Shown: positions 32,296 to 41,498 of the stretch, piece by piece
How the letters are laid out: each line of letters opens with the position of its first letter
Position numbering within the stretch: the first letter of the stretch is position 1
Origin: Rhodoluna sp.
Lineage (GTDB): Bacteria; Actinomycetota; Actinomycetes; Actinomycetales; Microbacteriaceae
DNA length: 64,000 nucleotides
Reading direction: 5' to 3'
Assembly: GCA_044373385.1 (NCBI GenBank)
Contig: JBILQF010000003.1
Span: 29,409-93,408, forward strand
Made by a program: the position numbers and the translations under genes
The notes under the pieces: model-generated
What the model saw: only the letters and a program-made list of their open reading frames with translations
What the model was told of the DNA's origin: nothing
Database searches by the model: none

Positions 32296-32411
32296 TAATG
32301 CGACCGTTTTTAGAGCCTAAATCCAGTTTTTGTTGTCTATCAGGTGTTATTTTTTACTTAATCTGCTCCTTTGGTGGCGGAGAAACGACAACTAATCGGA
32401 GGCATTGAAAA

Positions 32412-33827
32412 ATGAATCGTCAAATCAAGCGGGCACTAAGCACCGCGGCAGCAGTATCGCTAGGTCTTGCAGGTCTAGTTGGAGCAGCAGCTCCAGCCCA
32501 GGCAGCTCTTCCAAGCACATCGTTCAAGATCCACCTAAACGTACCTAAGGAAGTTGCTGAGCAATGGAACATTTGGTACTGGAACACTGGAAACGATGGC
32601 GTTGGCCCATCTGACAACACCCTTGGTTCATTGACCAAGAACATCAAAGAGACAGCCACAGCAGCTACAGGAACAGATGTAACCCAGGACTGGACTCCAA
32701 ACTTCATTGGTGAAGATGCCTATGGAGCATACGCAGAGTTCACACTTCCGGTCACTTTGACTGCACTTAACAACGTCATGAGAACTACCGAATCATGGGA
32801 TGGTCAGGCAGCAGCTCCAGCAGTGCCAGCAGTTGTTGATAACCCTGCAACTCCGAATGTCGATGAGACCGCAGAGGCTATTCCAGCCAAGGTAGCTATT
32901 CCTAAAGCTGACAAGCCATTCGGTGGAGACAACATTTTTCCTGCAGGTGAGAGCTGGTGGAACGTCCACACTGGTCTTCGTGAGTACCCACTTACCAAGA
33001 CAAGCGACTACAAGGTATATATCAACGCCAAGTTGAAGGATGCTCAGGCACAAGGTTGGAACGTGTACACCTGGAACACAACCGTGGCTCCTAAGAAGCT
33101 TGTTGACTACGTGGTCTCAACCAGCAAGGTAGTTACTTCAAAAGTTAAGGGAAAGACTGTAAAGAAGACTGTTGTTACTAAGACTTACCCTTACAAGGGC
33201 AAGGTCGGAGCAGCCACAACTGGTTTCCCATTCGTTGGTGAAGACAAGTACGGTGCATTTGCGATCATCAAGACAGCAACTGTTTACGCAGGTACTGTCG
33301 GTGTTATCGCGCGTCGTTCAACCCCAACAAACGACTGGGCTAAGCAGTCTTCTGACTTCAAGAACGATGCAGGAGCTGGTTTCACAAATGGTCTGAAGTC
33401 TGACAAGCCTTCTATGTACCTTGCTCTTGGCCAGCCAGAGAAGTCACCGGTTCACTACACCGCACCAACATTCGTTGGTCGTTGGAGCGCAACAGCTGCA
33501 TTCGCTGCTGGACAGTTGACTGTTACTCCAGTAGCTCCAGCACACCCATCAATGAAGGGTATGTTCCCTACAAAGATCGTTGTGACTGCAAAGAAGGGTG
33601 GAACCACCCTAACTTGTACCATCGAATCTAAGGCAACAGCTGCTGACATCGCTACTGCAGCTTGGGCACTACCTTCAAACTGTTCAATGCCAGTAACTGC
33701 GCCACTAGCTGGTGGAGAAGCACAGACTTGGGAAGTCTTTGTTCAGGCATCAGCTCCAAGCGTTGGCACTGCGGTCCTAGGCCCAGAGCCTGCTGCAAAG
33801 GTAGTTATATCACCTCCAGCTAGCTAG
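32412..33827 (+). CDS. Secreted non-catalytic protein with two pullulanase-associated (PUD/CBM41-like) modules and a C-terminal Ig-like region
   Basis: Signal peptide ..GAAAPAQA/ALP. Two internal repeats: FKIHLNV..QWNIWYWNTG..GEDAYGAYAEF and YKVYINA..GWNVYTWNT..GEDKYGAFAII. They resemble the N-terminus of the adjacent pullulanase (LTVHYKR..GDWGLWLWAF). No GH13 motifs. Confidence 0.6.
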   Translation: MNRQIKRALSTAAAVSLGLAGLVGAAAPAQAALPSTSFKIHLNVPKEVAEQWNIWYWNTGNDGVGPSDNTLGSLTKNIKETATAATGTDVTQDWTPNFIGEDAYGAYAEFTLPVTLTALNNVMRTTESWDGQAAAPAVPAVVDNPATPNVDETAEAIPAKVAIPKADKPFGGDNIFPAGESWWNVHTGLREYPLTKTSDYKVYINAKLKDAQAQGWNVYTWNTTVAPKKLVDYVVSTSKVVTSKVKGKTVKKTVVTKTYPYKGKVGAATTGFPFVGEDKYGAFAIIKTATVYAGTVGVIARRSTPTNDWAKQSSDFKNDAGAGFTNGLKSDKPSMYLALGQPEKSPVHYTAPTFVGRWSATAAFAAGQLTVTPVAPAHPSMKGMFPTKIVVTAKKGGTTLTCTIESKATAADIATAAWALPSNCSMPVTAPLAGGEAQTWEVFVQASAPSVGTAVLGPEPAAKVVISPPAS

Positions 33828-33843
33828 TTCCAAACAGCTATAG

Positions 33844-33880
33844 ATCTGGGCCCTGCGAAAGCGGGGCCCAGATTTCTGTT
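33844..33880 (+). terminator. Rho-independent terminator
   Basis: atctgggccctgc-gaaa-gcggggcccagat stem, 11+ bp and GC-rich, followed by ttctgtt. Confidence 0.8.
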
Positions 33881-33895
33881 AAAAGGTTTGAAAAA

Positions 33896-33909
33896 TGGAA
33901 ACGATTACA
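33896..33909 (-). promoter_or_regulatory. Second cre-like LacI-type operator, upstream of the pullulanase gene
   Basis: tggaaacgattaca, whose reverse complement is tgtaatcgtttcca. One mismatch to TGWAANCGNTNWCA. Lies 76 nt upstream of the 33985 start. Confidence 0.5.
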
Positions 33910-33984
33910 TAACGACAGCCGAGTCTTCCGTATCTGCTAAGTGTTTGCAAAATAGTATTGTTCTGTCTATAGAAAGGGCATGAC

Positions 33985-36663
33985 TTGTCAATGTTGAATA
34001 AATCAATCCGAAAGCGTTTACTTCCAGCCATTTTGGCCTTCGCCTTGATTGCACCTGTGTCAATTACCGTCAGTTCAGCATCAGCTGCTGGAGCTTGTCC
34101 AACCGCTCAGTGTGCGACATTAACAGTTCACTACAAGAGAACTAGCGTTCCTCCAAGCTATGGGGATTGGGGACTATGGCTTTGGGCTTTCAAAGCGGAC
34201 GCAGGACTACCTGAGTCACAGGTGACACCTTTCAGTTCAACACAACTTGATTCCAACGGATTTGCAGTTCTCACAGCTCAAGTACCTATCACGCCGAACG
34301 TAACCCAGCTTGGCCTGATTCCTAGACTAAAGAGCGGCTGGACCAAAGACGTTGATGTGGATCGCTTGGTCAATCTAGACGCAAACAAGACTGCCGAGAT
34401 TTGGATTCAACAGGGAGACGCCTACATTTACAACAATTCAAGTTTCGCGCTCCCTTCAGAAATTTGGGCTGCATCGATACAAACTTTTAGAACGATTAAA
34501 GTAACCCTCAGCAAGCCGAATGGAACTGCAGGGCCTGGTTTCTCAATCACAGGCACGGATGCTCCTGCCATTGAAAAAGTGGAGAAGATTAAAGACCTCA
34601 ATAACGGGGTTACCTCTAGCAACAAGCAATGGTTGATCACAACAGCGACCGATATTCCTCTTGGTTCTAATCTAACTCTTGTTCACCAGGACGCAAACCC
34701 TGCAAATACCTTCGGAAGCAAAGCGATTAACCCAGCAGCTGTTTTCAGTAGCCCGGATTTTGTCAATGCTTACACATACGATGGCGATGATCTTGGAGCG
34801 ACATATTCAAGCACAAAAACCGATTTCAGAGTTTGGGCTCCTACAGCGAGCTCTGTTTCTCTTGTGACATATGCAAACGCGGACTCTGCAAAGCTATCAG
34901 GAGCTGTTTTGCCTATGGTGAAGAGCACCAAGGGTACTTGGACGGCATCTCTCAGTGGAGATCGTCACCTCCAGGTTTACATGTATCGCGTAACAGTTGG
35001 CGGAAGCACTGAAGAGGCTGTAGACCCATATGCACGTTCAGTAACTGCTAATGGTGTTCGCGGTGTCGTCATCGATCTTTCCAAGACAAATCCAGCTGGC
35101 TTCTTAACACAAGCAAAGCCAGCTTTCTCTGGTAAAGCAGCCGACTCAATCATGTATGAGTTGCACGTTAGAGATGCATCTATTGAGGCATCAAGCGGCG
35201 TGAAGGCAGCTGACCGAGGCAAGTTCAAGGGACTAGCTCAGCTTGGTACAAGCGTTAAAGTTGGCAAGGTTTCGGGTTCAACCGGACTGAGTTACATGAA
35301 AGAGCTAGGTGTTACACACGTTCAACTTCTACCGATGTATGACTATGCATCAGGTGGCGATGAACTGAACCCTACATTCAACTGGGGCTATGACCCTGAG
35401 CACTTCAACGTACCGGAAGGACAGTACTCAAGCGATCCAACAAACCCGGTCGCGAGAATCACTGAACTAAAGACTGCTATTCAAGCGATGCACAAGAACG
35501 GCTTGAGAGTAACTATGGACGTTGTTTACGGCCACGTTGCCAGCGCTACTGAGTTCAGCCAGAGCCTTATCGTTCCAGGTTACTGGTTTAGAAAAGATGC
35601 AAGTGGTAACCTCACAAACCGATCAGGTTGTGGTAATGACACTGCTACAGAGCGTCCAATGGTTCGTAAGTTCATTGTTGACTCAATGAAGTACTGGACT
35701 AAGGAATACAAGCTAGACGGTTACCGAATTGACCAGATGGGTCTTTGGGATGTAACCACCATGAACCAGGTTCGCGATGCTGTAAAGGCTATCGAGCCAA
35801 AGGCAACAATCATTGGCGAGGCATGGAGCATGGGTGGAGACAGCGGTCTTCCTCAGGGTAACCAGACTCAGCTAGTGAACATGCCTGGTATCGGTGGTTT
35901 CAACGATGGAATCAGAAACGCTGTGAAGGGAAGCCCTGATGGCTTGTCAGATGGCGGCTATGTGAACGGAAACCCAGGTGGAACGCTAAGCGCTTTGAAG
36001 GCTGGAATCATCGGACACACTCCATCAACGGCAATTACTGTTCCTTGGCAGACACTTGATTCAGGACAATCTGTTAACTATGCGGAAGCTCATGACAACA
36101 TGACTTTGTTTGACAAGCTTTGGGCTGTAAACAACCAGAGTTCAAGAGCTGCTGTTGCAAAGCAATCAAGACAGATTTCAGCAATCTTGTTTGCTTCTCA
36201 AGGAACAGCGTTCATCCAAGCAGGTCAGGAGTTCTTGAGATCAAAGAACGGTGATCACAACAGCTATCGATCATCAGATGCTGTAAACAGCTTGAAGTGG
36301 ACTGAGCGTATTACGCAGAAGGTAACCGTTGATTACAACAAGGGGCTCATTGCAATGCGCAAGGCACACCCAGCGTTCAGAATGAATACGCCTGCAAGCA
36401 TCCAAGCTAACTTGAAGTTCCTAAATGCTCCTAACAATGTCTTAGCGTTCTCATTGAACGGTAAGGCTGTGAAAGACAAGTGGGGAACGATTGTTGTGAT
36501 CTCGAACCCGAACTCAACTACGCAGAAGGTCAACCTTCCTGCTACCGGAGATTGGAAAGTTGTGGTCTCTGGGGATAAGGCTGGAGTTACAACTCTGGCT
36601 ACATTGAAGAAGGCGAAGACTGCATCGGTGCTAGCAAATAGCACCGTGATTATGTGGAAGTAA
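33985..36663 (+). CDS. pulA: Secreted type I pullulanase (GH13; PUD/CBM41, CBM48, catalytic domain)
   Basis: Signal peptide, FNWGYDP, and GH13 regions I DVVYGH, II GYRIDQMG, III IIGEAWS, IV YAEAHDN. Confidence 0.9.
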   Translation: MSMLNKSIRKRLLPAILAFALIAPVSITVSSASAAGACPTAQCATLTVHYKRTSVPPSYGDWGLWLWAFKADAGLPESQVTPFSSTQLDSNGFAVLTAQVPITPNVTQLGLIPRLKSGWTKDVDVDRLVNLDANKTAEIWIQQGDAYIYNNSSFALPSEIWAASIQTFRTIKVTLSKPNGTAGPGFSITGTDAPAIEKVEKIKDLNNGVTSSNKQWLITTATDIPLGSNLTLVHQDANPANTFGSKAINPAAVFSSPDFVNAYTYDGDDLGATYSSTKTDFRVWAPTASSVSLVTYANADSAKLSGAVLPMVKSTKGTWTASLSGDRHLQVYMYRVTVGGSTEEAVDPYARSVTANGVRGVVIDLSKTNPAGFLTQAKPAFSGKAADSIMYELHVRDASIEASSGVKAADRGKFKGLAQLGTSVKVGKVSGSTGLSYMKELGVTHVQLLPMYDYASGGDELNPTFNWGYDPEHFNVPEGQYSSDPTNPVARITELKTAIQAMHKNGLRVTMDVVYGHVASATEFSQSLIVPGYWFRKDASGNLTNRSGCGNDTATERPMVRKFIVDSMKYWTKEYKLDGYRIDQMGLWDVTTMNQVRDAVKAIEPKATIIGEAWSMGGDSGLPQGNQTQLVNMPGIGGFNDGIRNAVKGSPDGLSDGGYVNGNPGGTLSALKAGIIGHTPSTAITVPWQTLDSGQSVNYAEAHDNMTLFDKLWAVNNQSSRAAVAKQSRQISAILFASQGTAFIQAGQEFLRSKNGDHNSYRSSDAVNSLKWTERITQKVTVDYNKGLIAMRKAHPAFRMNTPASIQANLKFLNAPNNVLAFSLNGKAVKDKWGTIVVISNPNSTTQKVNLPATGDWKVVVSGDKAGVTTLATLKKAKTASVLANSTVIMWK

Positions 36664-36711
36664 AACTAAAATGATTAAAACCATAAATTCAAGTAAAAGA
36701 GAGAATGGGAA

Positions 36712-38007
36712 ATGAAAAATAGAACGAGAAAACTAGTTGGACTAGTAGCTGCACTCAGCGTTGCTGGAAGCGGCCTAACCCTAGCCAACCCTGCATCAGC
36801 TGTAAGCAATCTAACCATCTGGGCCGACAAGGGAACCCTTGACACAATAAAGTCCAGAGTCCAGAAATGGGACACAGAGAACGCTGCATACACAGTTACG
36901 CTTGTTGAAAGAGACTTCGGAACTGTTAGAGAAGTTCTAAAGACTGCTGTACCTAAGGGTCAAGGTCCTGACATTCTGGCAGGAGCTGCTCACGACTGGA
37001 TCGGTAACTTAGTGGCTGCTAACGTGCTTCAACCTATCGACAATAACCTTCCCGCTAACTTCAAGGATGACTTCGTTTCTGGAGCGCTTCAGGCAATGAA
37101 GTTCAACGGTAAGTACTACGGTGTACCAGGGTGGACTGAGAACATTGCAATTCTTCGTAACATCAAGAAAGCTCCTAAGCCACTTAAGTCAGTTAATGAC
37201 ATCAAAGACGGTGAGCTAGGTATCAACTACGACGCAACAAACTCAGACCCGTACCACATGTATCCATTCCAGAGCATGTTCAGCGCTCCTGTATTCAAGA
37301 CATACACAAGTGGAGTTAACAAAGGAGACTGGACAGACCAGGTCGGGATGGGTGGTCCTAACGGAGCAAAGTTTGCCAAGTGGCTAGCCCTAAAGGGAAC
37401 CAAGTTCTTTGGCCCTCCTTCAAACGCCAAGATTTTGTGTGACTTCTTGAACCCTACTAAGACCACAACGGTTAAAGGTAAGAAGGTAACGACTGGTGCA
37501 ATCAAGTATTGGGTAACTGGTGCATGGAACATCAATGCAATTGAATCAGGCGCTGGTGGCTGTAAGACAGGTCTAAAGGTTGGAGCTGGTTACGCGATTG
37601 ATCCATTCCCAGCAGGCCCGACCGGAACAAAGGCACAGCAGTTCCTAGGCATTCGTGGATACCTAATGGTTGCATCGGGTCCAAACAACGCAACTAACGT
37701 TCCTGGCGCTGTAGAGCTGATGAGATTCATGTCTTCCGAAGCTACCCAGTTCAGTCTTTACGATAACTTCAACAAGACTCCTGCAAACAAGGCTGCCCTC
37801 AACAGCGCTAAAGTGAACCCAGTTATCAAGGGCTTCGCTGATGCTGCAAACACTGTACCAATGCCAAACTCTCCAGCAATGGCTGCAGCTTGGACCATCT
37901 GGGGTAAGGCGCAGACCAGAATCATCCAAGGCAAAGAAAAGAAGCCAGATGTTGCTTGGGAGGCTATGGTAAAAGCCTTGCAGTCAACAATCAACAAGGC
38001 AAACTAG
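36712..38007 (+). CDS. Maltose/maltodextrin-type ABC transporter solute-binding protein
   Basis: Family 1 SBP: LTIWADKG.., PDILAGAAHDW. Signal peptide ends ANPASA/VS with no lipobox Cys. Precedes the MalF/MalG-like permeases. Confidence 0.8.
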   Translation: MKNRTRKLVGLVAALSVAGSGLTLANPASAVSNLTIWADKGTLDTIKSRVQKWDTENAAYTVTLVERDFGTVREVLKTAVPKGQGPDILAGAAHDWIGNLVAANVLQPIDNNLPANFKDDFVSGALQAMKFNGKYYGVPGWTENIAILRNIKKAPKPLKSVNDIKDGELGINYDATNSDPYHMYPFQSMFSAPVFKTYTSGVNKGDWTDQVGMGGPNGAKFAKWLALKGTKFFGPPSNAKILCDFLNPTKTTTVKGKKVTTGAIKYWVTGAWNINAIESGAGGCKTGLKVGAGYAIDPFPAGPTGTKAQQFLGIRGYLMVASGPNNATNVPGAVELMRFMSSEATQFSLYDNFNKTPANKAALNSAKVNPVIKGFADAANTVPMPNSPAMAAAWTIWGKAQTRIIQGKEKKPDVAWEAMVKALQSTINKAN

Positions 38008-38016
38008 TAAACATAC

Positions 38017-38049
38017 AAATAGTGGGCATCTTATCGATGCCCACTATTT
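38017..38049 (+). terminator. Perfect 14 bp stem-loop between the SBP and permease genes (partial terminator or mRNA stabiliser)
   Basis: aaatagtgggcatc-ttatc-gatgcccactattt. Confidence 0.7.
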
Positions 38050-38096
38050 GCTGTCTAGCTAATTGAATAAGTTTTATGCATTGAAAGGCACACATA

Positions 38097-39770
38097 ATGG
38101 CTCTAGGAACACTAAAGAGTAGAAAAGGGGAGGGGCCTAGCCTTTCCGGTACTCTCTGGAAACTTGGAGCACTTGGTGTTACCGATGCGGTAGCAGTAAC
38201 CATGATCATGGTTCTTATCGCGCAAGAACTTGTACTCGCAGCGACTATCAGCATCGCCGTCCTGTTGTTAGTCAACTGGATCTATCTTCGTAAAGGTGGA
38301 CTGCCAGCGAAGTACCTCGCTCCTGGTGTGCTTTTTCTAATTATTTTTCAGGTTTATGTACTTGTATTCAGCGGATATACCGCTTTCACTAACTACGGAA
38401 GTGCTCACAATGGTGACAAAGCACTTGCCATTCAGACAATCAAGAACGCTGCCTTCAGAACAGTAGAAGGCCCTGACTACACAATCAAGTTAGCCAAAGC
38501 TAACGATGATGGTGCCAGAGCATTCATTATGACTAGCAACCTAACCAAAGAAGTATTTGTTGGTGAGTATGGAAAATTACCTGTTCAGGTGCCTGAAGGC
38601 TCATTTGTAAGAAGCTCCGAGTGTGCCGATAAGTATGACGAGGACACTGCCAACTGCGCAAAGGCAGCTGAGTCGGTTGATGGGTACACAACTCAAAACA
38701 TTGAATCCCTGTCGCAGCTCGAGAAGAACAAATTTGTTTCGATTCGTGTGGCCACTGATTTAACCAATGACAATGTTGGTGTTCGATCCACTGACTTCAC
38801 AATTGCTGTTCCAACAGAAGCAACTTTGAAGTATGACCAGGCTGCTGATACCTTTACCGCTCTAGTAAGCGATGACTATGGTGCCTACAGCCAGGGTGAT
38901 GTATTCAAACCAGCCTCTGATGGTTTCTTCAGACTTGATGGAGTTCTAGAGAATGCCAAGCTTGATGGTGGATGGAGAGTAGAAGTTGGTCTCGCCAACT
39001 TTGAAACAATCTTCACTGATGAGCAGCTCAGAGCTCCGTTGTTCAAGGTAATCACTTGGACCTTTGTTTTCGCCATTCTTACAGTTCTAACAACCTTCAT
39101 TCTTGGTTTGTTTATCGCTTTGACCTTCAACAGCGACAAGCTCAAGGGTAAGAAGATATATAGAGCTGTAATGATTCTTCCTTACGCGTTCCCAGGCTTC
39201 CTTTCCGCTTATGTTTGGGTAGGTTTGCTCAACAGAGAGAACGGTTTCATTAATACGGTGATTCTCGGTCAAACTCCAGGATCTGAAGGAAACTTCCCTT
39301 GGCTACTCGAAGAGAACCCTGCTCGACTGGCTGTTCTTTTAGTGAACCTGTGGCTTGGTTTCCCTTACATGTTCCTAATCACAACCGGAGCTTTGCAATC
39401 TATTCCACCAGAGCTCAATGAGGCTGCTGAGATTGATGGAGCAACTGGCTGGCAGAACTTTAGATTGATTAAACTTCCACTGCTGCTTATCTCAATCGCT
39501 CCATTGTTGATTGCTTCCTTCGCCTTCAACTTCAACAACTTTACGATTATCTATCTGTTGACGAAGGGTGGGCCGAGCGATTCGGGCATCACGGATTATG
39601 ACGTGGGTGGGACAGATATTCTTATCACCTTCGTCTATAAGATCGCCTTCTCTGGTACAGGTCAAAACTATGGTCTTGCCAGCGCGTTCTCAATCTTGAT
39701 CTTTATCGTCGTAGCAACAATTTCTCTTATCAGTTTCAAGAGAACCAAGAAGTTTGAGGAGATCGTCTAA
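38097..39770 (+). CDS. MalF-like ABC permease with large extracytoplasmic loop
   Basis: An extracytoplasmic loop of about 215 aa sits between N-terminal TMs and the core. EAA motif: NEAAEIDGATGWQNFRLIKLP. Confidence 0.85.
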   Translation: MALGTLKSRKGEGPSLSGTLWKLGALGVTDAVAVTMIMVLIAQELVLAATISIAVLLLVNWIYLRKGGLPAKYLAPGVLFLIIFQVYVLVFSGYTAFTNYGSAHNGDKALAIQTIKNAAFRTVEGPDYTIKLAKANDDGARAFIMTSNLTKEVFVGEYGKLPVQVPEGSFVRSSECADKYDEDTANCAKAAESVDGYTTQNIESLSQLEKNKFVSIRVATDLTNDNVGVRSTDFTIAVPTEATLKYDQAADTFTALVSDDYGAYSQGDVFKPASDGFFRLDGVLENAKLDGGWRVEVGLANFETIFTDEQLRAPLFKVITWTFVFAILTVLTTFILGLFIALTFNSDKLKGKKIYRAVMILPYAFPGFLSAYVWVGLLNRENGFINTVILGQTPGSEGNFPWLLEENPARLAVLLVNLWLGFPYMFLITTGALQSIPPELNEAAEIDGATGWQNFRLIKLPLLLISIAPLLIASFAFNFNNFTIIYLLTKGGPSDSGITDYDVGGTDILITFVYKIAFSGTGQNYGLASAFSILIFIVVATISLISFKRTKKFEEIV

Positions 39771-40660
39771 TGGCTAACGCAACTCTTTCAAGAAAGAAGT
39801 CTTTCAATCCAGTCAAGTGGTTTGTCTCCACTGGTTGGCGACACCTAGTTGGTCTGGCCGTTTGTGTCTTTGCAATCTTCCCGATTCTTTACATCTTGTC
39901 GACTTCTCTTTACCCAAACAACGACATTAACAACACAACAGCTCTCTTCCAGGAGTTCTCACTAGCTAACTACTTTGAGCTTCTAGCCCAGGACACTCGT
40001 CCGTTTGCTAGGTGGTACCTCAACACCGTTTACATTGGAATCATTACAGCAGTGGCTTCAGTGTTCATCAGTGCGCTAGCAGCTTACGCATTCTCAAGAC
40101 TCAGGTTCAAGGGAAGAAGACCTGGGCTCCTAGCTTTGATTCTTATGCAAATGTTCCCATCCATTCTTGGTTTGGTTGCGATCTTTAGCTTGATGAGCGA
40201 CATCGGACAGGTATATCCACAAATAGGTCTGAACACCCAGCTTGGTTTGATCCTTGTTTACACAGGTGGAGCTCTTGGTGTTGGTACTTATCTTATGTAT
40301 GGATTCTTCAACACTGTCCCTAAGGAGATTGATGAGGCAGCTACCATTGATGGTGCTTCTCACGCGAGAATCTTCTTCACAATCATTCTGAGACTAGTTG
40401 CACCGGTTTTAGCAGTGCAGATGCTGCTTAGCTACATCGGTGTCACCAGCGACTACATCTTGGCCTCTATCCTGCTTACAGACCCTAATCAGCTAACGCT
40501 TGCCACAGGTCTTCAGCAGTTCATTAGCGACCCTTACTCCAAGGACTGGTCGATGTTTGCCTCAGGTGCTGTGCTGTCAGCTATTCCGAGCGTGATCCTG
40601 TTCCTCTTCCTGCAGAGATACATCACTTCAGGACTAACAGGTGGAGCGGTTAAGGGTTAG
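39770..40660 (+). CDS. MalG-like ABC permease
   Basis: Six TM helices. EAA motif DEAATIDGASHARIFFTIILR. Start overlaps the malF-like stop. Confidence 0.85.
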   Translation: MANATLSRKKSFNPVKWFVSTGWRHLVGLAVCVFAIFPILYILSTSLYPNNDINNTTALFQEFSLANYFELLAQDTRPFARWYLNTVYIGIITAVASVFISALAAYAFSRLRFKGRRPGLLALILMQMFPSILGLVAIFSLMSDIGQVYPQIGLNTQLGLILVYTGGALGVGTYLMYGFFNTVPKEIDEAATIDGASHARIFFTIILRLVAPVLAVQMLLSYIGVTSDYILASILLTDPNQLTLATGLQQFISDPYSKDWSMFASGAVLSAIPSVILFLFLQRYITSGLTGGAVKG

Positions 40661-40688
40661 TAGGAGCTCTCTAAGGCTTTACTTACGG

Positions 40689-40714
40689 CTCTAACTTGTT
40701 CTAGAAAGTTAGAG
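40689..40714. terminator. 9 bp stem-loop between convergent malG-like and tdk genes
   Basis: ctctaactt-N8-aagttagag, a perfect inverted repeat with no clear U tract on either strand. Confidence 0.45.
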
Positions 40715-40717
40715 TAC

Positions 40718-41314
40718 CTAGCCTCGTTCGTTTAGGTAACAAACCCCGCAAAGTGACTCGTAGGTCACTTCTACGCCGTCAATTGCGACTTGGTCACCTT
40801 CGAAGATGAACTCGCCGTCAAACTTACGTCCATTAAACATAGCTTTGCGCCCACAGCGGCAGATGGTCTTTAGTTCTTCAAGTGAGTGAGAAAGCTCCAT
40901 CAATCGAATTGAACCAGGAAAACCAACAGTTAGAAAGTCTGTTCTAATCCCATAGGCAAGCACCGGAACTCCGTCTAGTACTGCTAACTCAAACGCTTGG
41001 TCAACCTGTTCTCTGGTTAGGAACTGAGCTTCATCAATAAGTAAACAAGCTAGATTCTTGATGCCAGGAATGATTAGCCCGTTGTTTGCATATTCGTGAG
41101 CAAGATCTCTAAGGTTTGACTCAGGTGTGACAAGGAAGTCAACGTGTCTATCAACACCGAGTCTGGAAACGATAGTTGAGTCACCCTTGGTGTCAACAGC
41201 AGGCTTTGCAATAAGAATCTGTTGGCTACGCTCTTCGTAGTTGTGAGCAACTTGCAACAAAGCGGTGCTCTTACCGCTGTTCATAGCTCCATAGCGGAAG
41301 TATAGCTTTGCCAT
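40718..41314 (-). CDS. tdk: Thymidine kinase
   Basis: GAMNSGKSTALLQ P-loop and C-terminal zinc motif CRCG...CGVC. Confidence 0.9.
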   Translation of the reverse strand: MAKLYFRYGAMNSGKSTALLQVAHNYEERSQQILIAKPAVDTKGDSTIVSRLGVDRHVDFLVTPESNLRDLAHEYANNGLIIPGIKNLACLLIDEAQFLTREQVDQAFELAVLDGVPVLAYGIRTDFLTVGFPGSIRLMELSHSLEELKTICRCGRKAMFNGRKFDGEFIFEGDQVAIDGVEVTYESLCGVCYLNERG

Positions 41315-41450
41315 TATTAGCCTTTCTGGGCCTGTTTCGTGTCTATAACTATGCTAGCCAGCAACAGTATAAGAAACCTGTTCATCTGGCCTTGTCGAGG
41401 TCTCAACTCCACAAAAATACCCGATAAGCAGGGGAGTGGTTCACTTGGTA

Positions 41451-41492
41451 AAGAAGTAAGCCCGCCAAATTCCTCTGACGGGCTTACTTCTT
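41451..41492 (-). terminator. Terminator hairpin downstream of qcrB
   Basis: aagaagtaagcccg-N14-cgggcttacttctt, a 14 bp stem placed immediately after the qcrB stop. Confidence 0.7.
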
Positions 41493-41498
41493 GAGAAT

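Noticed and set aside
32298-32408. 36-codon hydrophobic ORF (MRPFLEPKSSFCCLSGVIFYLICSFGGG..) in the long spacer upstream of the glucan-binding protein gene.
   Set aside because: It has no RBS. Its ATG overlaps the putative -10/operator, so it would probably lie at or upstream of the transcript start. It is most likely 5' UTR sequence.
32078-40717. Idea that the glucan-utilisation locus is a genomic island integrated at the tRNA-Met gene.
   Set aside because: I noticed no integrase, recombinase or transposase gene and no direct repeat of the tRNA 3' end. Composition and codon style look the same as the flanking core genes. I cannot fully exclude it without a computed repeat search.
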